DNA of 64,000 nucleotides from an uncultured delta proteobacterium (GTDB taxonomy: Bacteria; Myxococcota_A; Polyangia; Polyangiales; Polyangiaceae): NCBI GenBank assembly GCA_963841435.1, contig CAWJCS010000005.1, positions 160,001-224,000 on the forward strand. Direction: 5' to 3'. The notes under the pieces are model-generated. The model worked only from the letters and a program-made list of their open reading frames with translations. It had not been told where the DNA came from and searched no databases. The position numbers and the translations under genes were made by a program. Shown here in pieces: positions 30,267-43,235 of the stretch. Each line of letters opens with the position of its first letter. Position 1 is the stretch's first letter.

Positions 30267-30596
30267 TTAAGCTGGGGCGCGGCGCAATGGGGTCAGAGGT
30301 GGTTGTTCCTCCGACTCCTCGACCGCGCCCGAGGGCGCAACGGACGGGGCTGCCGGGGTCTCGTTGAAGACGCTGCTGGTCCGCCCGCTGCGGATCGCGG
30401 CGCGCCCCACACGCTCGAGCAGCAACGGGTCGAGGGCGTCCGCTTCCACGGTGATCGGCGTGCCGGCGCGGAAGGTGCCGAGCTTCACGTCGTCGAGCAA
30501 GCAGATGACCGCGTAGCGGCCGCGGTCCACACGCTCGATACGGTAGGTCACGCCACCCACGATGACCATCCCCTTGATGCGTCGCGAAGGAGACAT
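30267..30596 (-). CDS. Small hypothetical protein
   Basis: 109 aa, globular-looking (TYRIERV..G.Y.V..LLDD..LGTF), typical codon usage. Confidence 0.6.
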   Translation of the reverse strand: MSPSRRIKGMVIVGGVTYRIERVDRGRYAVICLLDDVKLGTFRAGTPITVEADALDPLLLERVGRAAIRSGRTSSVFNETPAAPSVAPSGAVEESEEQPPLTPLRRAPA

Positions 30597-31011
30597 CGGA
30601 TGCTCTAGCTACCATGACGCAATTTCAAACGAATCGCATCAACTCTTTTTTTCAGCGCCGCTTTTGCAGCGGCGCTCTCCAGCCTGGTTTGAGCCTGGTT
30701 TTGTGGGTGGTTCCTCGCATGGTGCTTGGCTTTTCGCGCCTCGAGTTTTTGGTCGCGCAAATGTTTCTCGCGCACCTCTCGCCCGTCTCGCCGGTCGTCA
30801 CCCTTCAGTATCCGACTCTCCGACTTTTCTCCGACTTTCTCCGACCGTCGACTTCCTCCGGAAGCGCTGCCGTTGCCGTCCGGTGACGCCACGCGGCGCA
30901 GCCTTGGCGGCTCACGCGGAGGCCGTACGCGCTCTTGCCGTTTATCGAAGGGCGACACCCGCCGAGCGCAGCCACGCGGGGGGCCCGCGGCCAGGGAGCG
31001 GGGCGGCCCCT

Positions 31012-32316
31012 CTAGAGTCCCACGCAGAGGGAGTCACTCGACTGACAGGTACCGTTGCAGCATACCTGTCCTGGTTGGCACGCCGACGCCACCCCGCAGG
31101 TATGGTCGGACAGGCACACCGGAACCTGACACGTTGCGCCAATGATGGGCAGGCCGCCGCCAGGTTTCGGCGGGGGGCAGTCCGAATCGGCGCAGCAGGC
31201 GTGACAGGCCCCGTCGGCCTGGCAGCAGAGCGTCCCCGTGTCGCACTCGCGATTGTCGCAACATTCGCGGCAGAGCGGCCCGCCGCTGTTCACGAGGTTC
31301 GGACAACACTTCCCCTCCCCCTCGCAGCTTACGCCGCCGTACTCACACTGATTGCCTTGACAGTGAACGCTTTCGCAGGCCGATGCCGGGGGCGGGCAGT
31401 CGGCAGCGGATTTGCACTCCCCACCGCTCACGCAGCCTCGCAAGGGGTCACACGTGGCATTGCCGGCGCAGACACCGGGCACGACCTGCGTCGAGCAGTG
31501 TCCTCCCGTGCAGACGGGCTGCGTGCAGTCGACGCCGTCGTCCGGGCAATCCTTCGCCGTGCAGCAGCTGCCGCACGTTGCCGAGCTCCGGTCGGTGTTG
31601 GGGCAGCAGAGCTCCGTATCGGCACAGAGTGGCATCGTGCCACACACGCCGTCGTTGCAGACATTCACGAGGCAGGGGTCGTCGTCGGCGGTGGAGCATT
31701 GTGCGTCGATGCAACAGGCGCCACAGCCCGTGCCCGGGCAGCAGGTACCGCCGTTCGGGCAGAGCGGATGGTCGCAGAAGCCATTCGTGCAGGTGTCCGC
31801 GGTGCAGGCGTCGCCGTCGTCGCATTCGGTGTCGGCCTGGCATTCCTCGCGCGGCATGCAGCCACTCGGTCCGCAATAGGCGTCCGGCCCGCAGCTCGCA
31901 TCGTTGGGCGGGTTGGTGCAGAAGCCCGCGAAGCAGACGTCGTCGGTGCAATCGACGCCGTCGGCGCAGTCCGCGGCCGCGCAGCACGCGCCGCACAGCC
32001 CATCGCAGCAAAATGGCTGGTTGCCGGTGCACTTCGTGTCGTGCGCACAGACGCCTTCCGTGCTGCAGCTGTCGATCGTGCAGGGGTTTTGGTCGTCGCA
32101 GTCAGCCGTGCCCGTGCAGAGCGTGGTGCCGCCACCCGCCGTGCCGCCCGTGCCGGCACCCACGGTACCGCTGTCGCCGCCCTCGCTCGGCGCGGTGCCG
32201 CCCGTGCCGCCCGTGGGCCCTCCCGCCGTGAACTCCGGTGAGCCGCACGAAAGTGCGAAGGCTGCGGCCACGAGCGACCCTCCGAGCAGTCGCAACCAGA
32301 AGGCGCGCAAAAGCAT
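31012..32316 (-). CDS. Cys-rich repeat lipoprotein
   Basis: Lipobox ALSC; repeated CC...DC.DG..CT.D.C..G.C units. Confidence 0.85.
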   Translation of the reverse strand: MLLRAFWLRLLGGSLVAAAFALSCGSPEFTAGGPTGGTGGTAPSEGGDSGTVGAGTGGTAGGGTTLCTGTADCDDQNPCTIDSCSTEGVCAHDTKCTGNQPFCCDGLCGACCAAADCADGVDCTDDVCFAGFCTNPPNDASCGPDAYCGPSGCMPREECQADTECDDGDACTADTCTNGFCDHPLCPNGGTCCPGTGCGACCIDAQCSTADDDPCLVNVCNDGVCGTMPLCADTELCCPNTDRSSATCGSCCTAKDCPDDGVDCTQPVCTGGHCSTQVVPGVCAGNATCDPLRGCVSGGECKSAADCPPPASACESVHCQGNQCEYGGVSCEGEGKCCPNLVNSGGPLCRECCDNRECDTGTLCCQADGACHACCADSDCPPPKPGGGLPIIGATCQVPVCLSDHTCGVASACQPGQVCCNGTCQSSDSLCVGL

Positions 32317-32320
32317 GCCT

Positions 32321-33244
32321 TCAAAGATAGCCCGTTCGCTCCTCGGCAGCCACCCGCGTGCGCGCACGGGCTTGCATCGAATCCCAAAACACGCGCACTA
32401 CGGCGACTTTCATCTTCCGACGCTCGGTGCAGACCCCAACCGAGAGGTCGCCGAGCTCGTCGTCGACGGAAAGCTCTCTGACGACGGCCCTGAGCGGGCT
32501 CTTGTCGATGACGACCTTCGGCACGACACCGACGCCGCAGCCGAGACTCACGAGCGACAGGATCGCCTCGTTGCCCGGCACCTCGCCGTAAACCACGGGC
32601 TTGATACGCCGCTTCTTGAGGAAGCGCTCGGCCGCGCTACGCCCTTGCCCGGTCTCCGGCAAAACGAGCGGCAAGCGCTGCCAGGGCACGGGACGCTCTG
32701 CCGCGAGGCGGGTCACCTCCGAGTCGACGTTCGGCGCGACGAACACCAGAGGCGTGACGAGCAGCACGCGCGCGACCAGCCCGGGCGGCGTTTTCGCGGG
32801 CAACGCCGCGACCGCGACGTCAACGGCACCCCGCGACAACATGCCGAGCGCATCCGCGGCGTAGCCGGTCTCCAGCCGGATGTGGATGTCGGGGTGGCGG
32901 CTTCTGAAGTTGCCGAGCACCGCCGGCAAAAAGCTCTGACACGCCGTCACCGATGCGAACACGCTGATCGTCCCCGAGAGGCGCTCCTCGGCGCCGGAGG
33001 CGCGCTGCTTGAGCGCCTCGAAGCGCGAGAGGGTTTCCACCGCGTAGGCCTCGAGCAGCGCACCGGCGGGAGCGAGCTCGACGCTGCGGCGATCGCGCGT
33101 GAACAGCGGCTTTCCCACCTCGGCTTCGAGGCGATGGATAGTGCGCGACAGCGCCGAGGGGCTCACGTGGCATTCCCGGCTCGTGCGCCCGAAGTGGAGC
33201 GTGCCGCAGAGGTGCAAAAACAGCGAAAGCTCGTGCTGATCCAT
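32321..33244 (-). CDS. ilvY: LysR-family activator IlvY
   Basis: LHFGRTSRECHVSPSALSR.I.RLE, SVTAC.SFLP, L.TG, Y..V.GNEAILS.V.LG.GVGVVP; divergent from ilvC. Confidence 0.92.
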   Translation of the reverse strand: MDQHELSLFLHLCGTLHFGRTSRECHVSPSALSRTIHRLEAEVGKPLFTRDRRSVELAPAGALLEAYAVETLSRFEALKQRASGAEERLSGTISVFASVTACQSFLPAVLGNFRSRHPDIHIRLETGYAADALGMLSRGAVDVAVAALPAKTPPGLVARVLLVTPLVFVAPNVDSEVTRLAAERPVPWQRLPLVLPETGQGRSAAERFLKKRRIKPVVYGEVPGNEAILSLVSLGCGVGVVPKVVIDKSPLRAVVRELSVDDELGDLSVGVCTERRKMKVAVVRVFWDSMQARARTRVAAEERTGYL

Positions 33245-33251
33245 GGAAGGC

Positions 33252-36569
<3,318 letters not shown>

Positions 36570-36719
36570 GGCGGGCCGGAGTCTACCCCGACCTCATGGC
36601 CCCGCGCTGCGCGACGATCTTCCAGTAGGAGGAAAGCTCGTTCGATGGGTTGACGCGTGGACCCCCGAGTCGCGGCCGCCCCACGGACGCTGAACTTCAG
36701 ACCGGGCAGCTCGAAGAGC

Positions 36720-37542
36720 TCAAGACGTAAACCAGAAAAAGCTCGTGTAGTCGGGAGTGCCGGCGCTAAATTCGAAGTAGTAACCGCCGTCCATCTTCGC
36801 TGGTAAGGCACCGCCGCACATCGACGCCATGCCGTTGACCTTCACGGTGCGCGTGCCGATGTTCGAGCAAGCCCAGGTGTTGAACATCTCGTCGACGAAG
36901 TAGCAGACGGCGTTCGGCGTGTTGAAATTGCCGGAATTTCCGGTGGAGCTCGGCGTGCGCGGCATGTCACACGCGGCGCCGAGCGTGCCGCCACCCGTCG
37001 AGCCGCCCTTCCCCGCGCCGCCGCTCATACCGCCCGCCGCCCGGCCGCCGCTGCCGCTCATGCCGCCGGCTGCCTTGCCGCCGTTACCACCGCTCGAATC
37101 TGCCGCCCATGCCGGCCGCGCCGCCGTTGCCTCCACTCGTCATGCCGGCGGAGCCTCCGAAGGCGGTGCTGCCACCGCTACTCTTGCCCGCCCCACCGGA
37201 GCCCGAGCTTCCACCCTTGCCGCCCGCACCCGACCCGGCCGCACTGCCCGCCTCACCGCCGGTACCCGCGGTACCGCCGTTGCCGACACTTGCGCCACTC
37301 GCGCCACCGTTGCCCGCGGCGAGCGCACCCCCCGTACCGCTCACCGCTCCCGAGCTCCCGCCGAGCGAGCCGGCACTGCCGCCAAGCGCGAGCGCGCCGC
37401 CGCTCCCGCTGGTACCGGTCCCACCTCCGACGTTGCCGGGCTCCTCGGGCGGCGGCAACGTGTCCTCCACGGCCGTCGCGCACGCCACGGCCGAGAGCAG
37501 ACCGAGGCCAACGCCGAAGCGATGGTGAAGCGTTCGACGCAT
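36720..37542 (-). CDS. Gly-rich lipoprotein with small Cys-containing C-terminal domain (paralogue 1), frameshifted at about 37097
   Basis: Lipobox AVAC-ATA; linker continues into ORF 36720-37136 when GAATC is read as GATC. Confidence 0.75.
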
Positions 37543-37799
37543 CGGTAGGAGCGTAGCGCGAAGTCTGGGCGGCGCTGACCCCGAATTGGGATAATTCCCG
37601 CCGGTTCGTACACGCCCGCTGATATTTCGAAGCACGGGTACCTTGCCCGTGGTCGAGCGGCCCCGTGGGTGCCCGGAGGCACGGCCGTCGGCCGCCGCGC
37701 CGGGCGGTGAAGAATCACACCGTGCGCGAATCGCCGACGCGCGCTCCGGGCGGTGCGCTCGTACCGTGCGCGCATTGCCGACGCGCGCTCCGAGCGGCG

Positions 37800-38675
37800 T
37801 CAGAAGGTGTTGAACGAGGCGTAATCGGGCTGGCCCGCGCTCGCCTGGAAGCAGTAGCCGCCGTTGTGCTTCGCAGGAGGGGTCTGATTCTGGTAGTTGC
37901 ACGTCGCCATGGCGCCGTTGACCTCGAACGTGCGACTCATCATGTTGCCGCAGTTGTAACCAGCGATGGTCACGGTCGTCTCGTGGCACGTCGCGCTCGT
38001 GCCGAGGCTGCCCGGAGTGTAGCTCTGCATGGTGAACACCACCGGGTTGTCGCAGAGCCCGCCGCACGGTCCGCCGCCGCTCGACGTACCGGCGCTGCCG
38101 CTCGTGCCGCTGCTACCGGCGCTGCCGCTCGTCCCCGCGCTGCCACTCGCGCCGCTCGATCCCCCCTTGCCGGCGCTGCCGGAAGCACCGCTCGCACCCG
38201 ACGCGCCGCCGGAGCCTGCGCTGCCTCCCATCATGCCGGCGCTGCCGCCGAACGCCGTTGAACCGCCGCTGCCGCCACCGGCACCGCTCGTTCCCGAGCT
38301 ACCACCGGCACCCGATCCCGATCCGCCCTTGCCGCCGCCACCGGAGCTGCCACCAGCGCCCGCGCTACCGCCCGCGCCGCTCGTGCCGCCTGCACCGCTC
38401 GCGCTGCCGCCGCTGCCACCCGTGGTGCCACCGGTTCCGCTGGTGCCGCCTGCACCGCTCGCGCTGCCACCGCTCCCGCCGCTGCCCCCGGCACCGCCGA
38501 GCCCGCTGCCACCCGTACCGCTCGTGCCCGCGGTGCCCGCATCTGGAACCGCTCCCGTACCGACGGCGTCGTACGTCTCGGCAGGGTTGACGTCTTCCGC
38601 CGTGGCCGTCGCGCACGCGAGAGCCGACCACAGGAGTGCGAGCGCGCCGTATTGATTGCGAGTGAGCTGACTCAT
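37800..38675 (-). CDS. Gly-rich lipoprotein with small Cys-containing C-terminal domain (paralogue 2)
   Basis: Lipobox ALAC-ATA; C-terminal C.N...RT..VNG....C....PAK..GGY.F..SAG.PDY.SF shared with paralogue 1. Confidence 0.8.
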   Translation of the reverse strand: MSQLTRNQYGALALLWSALACATATAEDVNPAETYDAVGTGAVPDAGTAGTSGTGGSGLGGAGGSGGSGGSASGAGGTSGTGGTTGGSGGSASGAGGTSGAGGSAGAGGSSGGGGKGGSGSGAGGSSGTSGAGGGSGGSTAFGGSAGMMGGSAGSGGASGASGASGSAGKGGSSGASGSAGTSGSAGSSGTSGSAGTSSGGGPCGGLCDNPVVFTMQSYTPGSLGTSATCHETTVTIAGYNCGNMMSRTFEVNGAMATCNYQNQTPPAKHNGGYCFQASAGQPDYASFNTF

Positions 38676-38858
38676 GAAAAAGATGGCTCCCGACTCTCAA
38701 GCGTAGGCCCTGTCCGGCAGCTGGGCAAACACCGCTTCGAAGGATCTTTCGACGCTTCGACGTTTCGTCTCGATGCGTCGTCGGCGCGACGTACCTTTGA
38801 CCACATTTCGTCATCGGGAACAGCGAGGTGCTGCACGCTGTCGTCTCGTGCGGTGACC

Positions 38859-39794
38859 ATGTCGGTTCTCAAACTCACGCTGGCCGTCTCCCTCGCGTTG
38901 CACGCGGCGCTCGGCGTGTGGGTGGAAGTGCGAGCCGTTCGCGCCCCCCCGCCGTCGCCGGAGACGGCACGCGACGCGTGGCGCGGCGGCGGCATCGAGG
39001 TCGACGCCGTCGCGACGCTGCCGAAGCCGGCGGGAGTCGACCCCACGCCGGCGGCCGTGCTCGGCGCGGCACCCACGCGCGCGGTCGGCGCCGTGGCGAG
39101 GCCCCGCGTTCCCAGCGGCACGGTCCGCGCGAAAGCGGTCGAGCGGGCGGGAACCCGTGGAGCCGTCGAGCCGACGCCGGCTCGGCCCGGCGTGGAACCC
39201 GGCCGGGATTCGGGAGCCGTTTCGACGCCCGGCGAGCGTGAAAGCGGGGGTGATGCGCTCGCCCGCGCGGCGGGAAGCGCGGCCTCGTTCGGCGCCGTCG
39301 GGTTGCCGGCCGGCGTCCGCCATCTGCCGACTGCCTTCGCCCGTGCGATCGCGCTCGCGAACCGCGGCGATGCGCGCTTTACGAGCCTGCCCGTGGGCGT
39401 CGTCGGCGAAGCAAGTGTCACGCTCGGTGTGAGCGAGGACGGCGAGCTCGGCGAGCTCGACCTCGGCGACGACGAGGCCGAGCGGCGCGTTGCGCCCGTG
39501 CTGAAGAAGCTACTCGACAACACCCGCCTCATGCTCGCCCACGGGCGCTACTCGGTGGACCGCACGCGCCTTACGCCGGGCGTGATGCGCGTCAGCGTGC
39601 GGCTCGTCATCGAGGAAGAGGATCGGAGCGCCGCCCCCGACCGTGACCCCGGGGAGCTGTTCGCCATCGACTTCGAGGCGCCCCGCCCGGGTAAGCCGGG
39701 GCACGGCGCGTTCCGCTTGAACTCGGGCCGGCGCGTCGTCGCCTGGGTTGCCCTCGAAGCGTCGCGTGGCGCGGGGCTTCCCGTTCCACTATGA
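38859..39794 (+). CDS. Hypothetical protein with TonB-like N-terminal anchor
   Basis: VSLALHAAL TM anchor (S-x3-H), Pro/Ala linker, globular C-terminus. Confidence 0.6.
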   Translation: MSVLKLTLAVSLALHAALGVWVEVRAVRAPPPSPETARDAWRGGGIEVDAVATLPKPAGVDPTPAAVLGAAPTRAVGAVARPRVPSGTVRAKAVERAGTRGAVEPTPARPGVEPGRDSGAVSTPGERESGGDALARAAGSAASFGAVGLPAGVRHLPTAFARAIALANRGDARFTSLPVGVVGEASVTLGVSEDGELGELDLGDDEAERRVAPVLKKLLDNTRLMLAHGRYSVDRTRLTPGVMRVSVRLVIEEEDRSAAPDRDPGELFAIDFEAPRPGKPGHGAFRLNSGRRVVAWVALEASRGAGLPVPL

Positions 39795-39801
39795 TCGGGG
39801 G

Positions 39802-40725
39802 GTGGAAGGCTTCGACGACGCGGACGTGCGCACCCTCGCCGAGCGAGTCGCCAAGAGCGTGTGCGACCTGGATTTGCCAGCGGGAGAAGCCCTGCTCGTG
39901 TTGCCGAACGCGGAGTTCTTCCCCGATCGCTTCACGGGCGACGCGGCGAGCCTCGAGCGGCTCGCCGCGCGCATGCAGGGTTACGCCGGGCTCGAAGCGG
40001 TGACGGTCAACACGGTCCTCGCGGGCGAGCCCGCGATGGAGGAGGGCGCGGCGTGCGGGAGCGGCGGCTGCGGCTCGTGCGCGCCCGCCGGGGTCGATCA
40101 AGGGGGGCCCCGTCTCACGCGGACCGAGACCGGCTATCGCATCACCGTGCCGACCGCCGAGCTCGGCCATCCCATCGTCCTCTCGTCGCGACTCGCGACG
40201 GCGTTCGGCGCCGTGGCGCTCTTCGAAGCGGCGAGCGACGCCGAGGGTGCGGCGATCGCCACGGCAGACGCCGAGTGTGCCGCGACGGCTCTCGGTTTCG
40301 GCGTGCTCTTGCTCGAAGCCTCGTACCTCTACGCCAAGAGCTGCGGCGGGCCGCGTGTCGACCGCGCGACAGCGCTCGGCTGCGACGAGCTCGCGCTGCT
40401 CTTTGCTCTCTGCGTCGCGCGCGACGCCCAGCCGCGGAAGGCCGCCCTGGCTGAGCTCGGGACGACGCAGCGCGCGCTCGTCCGCACTGCGGTGAGCGTC
40501 GTCGATCAGAGCCCCGAGCTCGTGCGACTGCTCCGCGAGGACCCAGCGCGGGTCGCGCGGGGTCAGTTCCGCCTCGGCGAGGGTGGTTCGTGGCTCGGGC
40601 GCTTGCTGCGCCGCCCCGCCGCTCGACCGACCGCAGATGCCCGCCTCGAAGATGCGCTCGGCGCACTCGAGCGTGGCGCGAGCGTCGACGAGGTCGCCGC
40701 GCTGCTCGAGATCGACGGGCGCTGA
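39802..40725 (+). CDS. Hypothetical protein with CGSGGCGSC motif
   Basis: Long ORF with typical codon usage; LVLP..EFFPD.F; KSCGGP; GTG 6 nt after TATGAT. Confidence 0.7.
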   Translation: MEGFDDADVRTLAERVAKSVCDLDLPAGEALLVLPNAEFFPDRFTGDAASLERLAARMQGYAGLEAVTVNTVLAGEPAMEEGAACGSGGCGSCAPAGVDQGGPRLTRTETGYRITVPTAELGHPIVLSSRLATAFGAVALFEAASDAEGAAIATADAECAATALGFGVLLLEASYLYAKSCGGPRVDRATALGCDELALLFALCVARDAQPRKAALAELGTTQRALVRTAVSVVDQSPELVRLLREDPARVARGQFRLGEGGSWLGRLLRRPAARPTADARLEDALGALERGASVDEVAALLEIDGR

Positions 40726-40777
40726 GCTTCACCACGCACCGGCACCGCCCTTCGCCGCGGGGCGGTGCGGCGAGCGG

Positions 40778-41726
40778 TCAGAGCAGCGCGACGTTGGGGT
40801 CGCCACTCACGAGCAGCCCCTCGAACGCATCGTCCGGCGCCGCCTGACCCTCCTCGAGCACACGCACGAAGAACAGACCGCGTTCGGTGAGGCTCTTGGT
40901 GACGGCGACGCGCGCAGCCTGTCGCGCACGACGCCCGGCACCGCCCACGGCGACGGCGCCCGCGCCTTCGGCGGCGCCGGGACGCGCCGCAGCGGTCGGT
41001 GGAGCACCGAGCAGACTGGGCGTCACCGCTTTCGGCGCCATCCGCACGGGGGGCGAGCCAGAGGGTGCTTGGGCACCATTCGGCACCGAGGCGCGAGCAA
41101 CGAGTCTCGATGGCGAGCCGTTTGGCGGCGGCCGCGTCGGCGGCTGGCTCCTCGGGGAAGCGGGCGGGTGCGAGACCGGGCCGGGCGCGGCGCTCTTCGG
41201 CTTCGGCGGCTCGGTCTTGGCGAGCACGACGCGCGTCGTGGGCACGCCGCTGCTCTTCGCAGGCTCCGGCTTGGCGACGAGAATCCGCCTTCGCCGGGGC
41301 GGTCGGCGGTGCCGGGACGTCGCTCCCGGCGGCCGACGACCGGGCACGCGCGCTCGGTGGCGGCGGCCGCATGCTCGACACCACCGCCCGCGATTCGAGC
41401 AGGAACGGCGCCGCGTCTTCGTCTTCCTCTTCGGCGTCGCCCAGCGACGCCGCGGCGCTGCTCGGCGGCGGAGTCGGCAGGCGCTGGTCGGCGCCACCCT
41501 CGACGCGGCTCTTCAGCGAGGCCGCCGTTCGAGCGAGCGAAAGCGTGCGTCGATCGTCGCCGGTCTCACCGGCGGACTCGGCGGCGCGCTGCAACCAGCG
41601 CAGCGCTTCGGAAGCGTCGCCCTTGGCGCCGAACACGGCGGCGGTCTCCAGCGAGGCCACGACGGCATCGGAGTCGCCCGGCTCCGGCCCTGGAATGTCG
41701 AGGATCGAGTCCATCGCCGCCATCAT
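40778..41726 (-). CDS. Hypothetical protein (helical N-domain, Pro-rich linker, small beta C-domain), frameshifted at about 41283
   Basis: N-part ..SLETAA......EALRWLQRAAE.A...GDD.R.L.LAR.AA.L; C-part AARVAV....FFVRVLEEG......EGLLV; frames join when GAATC is read as GATC. Confidence 0.7.
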
Positions 41727-42006
41727 GAGTTTTAGTGACGCCGGCGACGCGGGAGCAGTCACCTCAGCCGGGCCAACTTCGTATCCAGCGAAATTAGCAG
41801 GACATTTGTACGACGAAAGCGTGTCGGAAAGGGCCCAGCGGGTGAACGCCACGGCGAGGCCTCTTGCCCCCGGGCGCCGAAACCGGCCAGGCGTCACGCG
41901 GTGAGCTCACGAGTGCCACGAGACCCGAACGAACGCGCCGTACGGTTGGCGCCGCTCGCGGCACGTCCTCGGCGCTGCCGTCGGGTCTTGCTCGAAGGAG
42001 GTCCCA

Positions 42007-43061
42007 ATGGCGATGACGCTCGGTCAACGCGACTTTATCGGTGGGGTGCGGCGCTGCTCGCAGGATGCGACGAGGTGCCCCGCTCGGACGCCCACATCGC
42101 AGGCGCAGGCGCGACGTTCCCGGCGCCGCTCTACGAGCGCTGGGCGCTCGAATACGGACGGGAAACCGGGGTCAGTGTTGCGTACCGCGCGTCGGGCTCG
42201 TCCGACGGCATCCTCGCGATCACGACGGACCGCACCGACTTTGCCGGCACGGACGCGCCGATGACGGACGACCAGCTCGACCAGGCCGGCGACGTGCTGC
42301 ACGTGCCGATGACGCTCGGAGCCGTCGCGATCGCCTACAACGTCCCTGACGTCCCGAACGAGCTCAAGCTCGACGGCCCGACGCTCTCCGGTATCTTCCA
42401 GGGTGACGTTCGGCGCTGGAACGATCCGGCCATCCGGGCTCTCAACCCCGACGTGAAGCTGCCCGATCACGCGATCGTGCTCGTGACGCGCGCCGACGGC
42501 AGCGGAACGACCAAGGTCTTCACGGAGTTTCTGGCCGCGGCGAGCCCGAGCTGGAAAGAAAAGGTTGGGACCTCGCCGCTCGTCCGCTGGCCGAGCGGCT
42601 ACGCCGTGCAGCACAACGACGGCGTCGCCGACACCATCCGCAGGAAGCGGGGCGCAATTGGCTACCTCCAGTCCTCGTTCGCCATGTCGCGACGCCTCGA
42701 CGTCGCGCTCATCAAGAACGCCGCGGGCGAATTTTGTGCTCCGAGCGTCGAAGGCGCCAGGGCGGCCGCCGCCGGCGCCGCCCCGCGCATGCCCGGCGAT
42801 CTCCGGCTGTCGATCGTCAACGCCGACGGCAAGGACGCGTACCCCATCAGCGGATTTAGCTATCTCTTGATCCGCAAGGAGGCGCCCGAGCCGAAACAGT
42901 CGACAGAAGCGGTGCGTTTCGCGTGGTGGGGCCTTCACGACGGCCAGAAATACGGACCGGCGCTCGGCTACGCCGAGCTCCCGCCCGCCATCGTCCAGAA
43001 ATCGGAAGCGAAGCTCAAAGAGGTCCAGTTCCGCGGCAAGCAACTGTTCGCGGGATCCTGA
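42007..43061 (+). CDS. pstS: Phosphate-binding lipoprotein PstS, frameshift in signal peptide at about 42047
   Basis: GAGATFPAPLY..W, GSSDG, DFAGTD, RADGSGTT..FT, GAIGY, YPI; RBS GAAGGAGG before ATG 42007; adding one G gives MAMTLGQRDFIGGVAALLAGC. Confidence 0.92.
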
Positions 43062-43235
43062 CGGGCGACGACCGGGCTTGCCGACGCCGGTTCGGTCGCG
43101 CAACCGCCCCGACTTTCACGAGCGAGAAACGCACGCGGCGAGGCCGGCACCGGCGTCGACCAAGCGTTGTCCAAAGTTCACCCAGCTCGGTGGGAGGGTT
43201 CGGTACGAAGGGGCCCGTTCACAGGAGGCCTTCGC

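Noticed and set aside
30605-30958. Overlapping short ORFs and a T-tract/hairpin as terminator
   Set aside because: ORFs have atypical codon usage; the T-run precedes the hairpin on + and becomes an A-run after it on -, so it fits neither strand.
41890-41920. Pho box upstream of pstS (GTCAC/CTCAC/GCCAC)
   Set aside because: Spacings are 13 and 9 bp, not the 11-bp period; the single GTTCACCC near 43176 also lacks a partner repeat.
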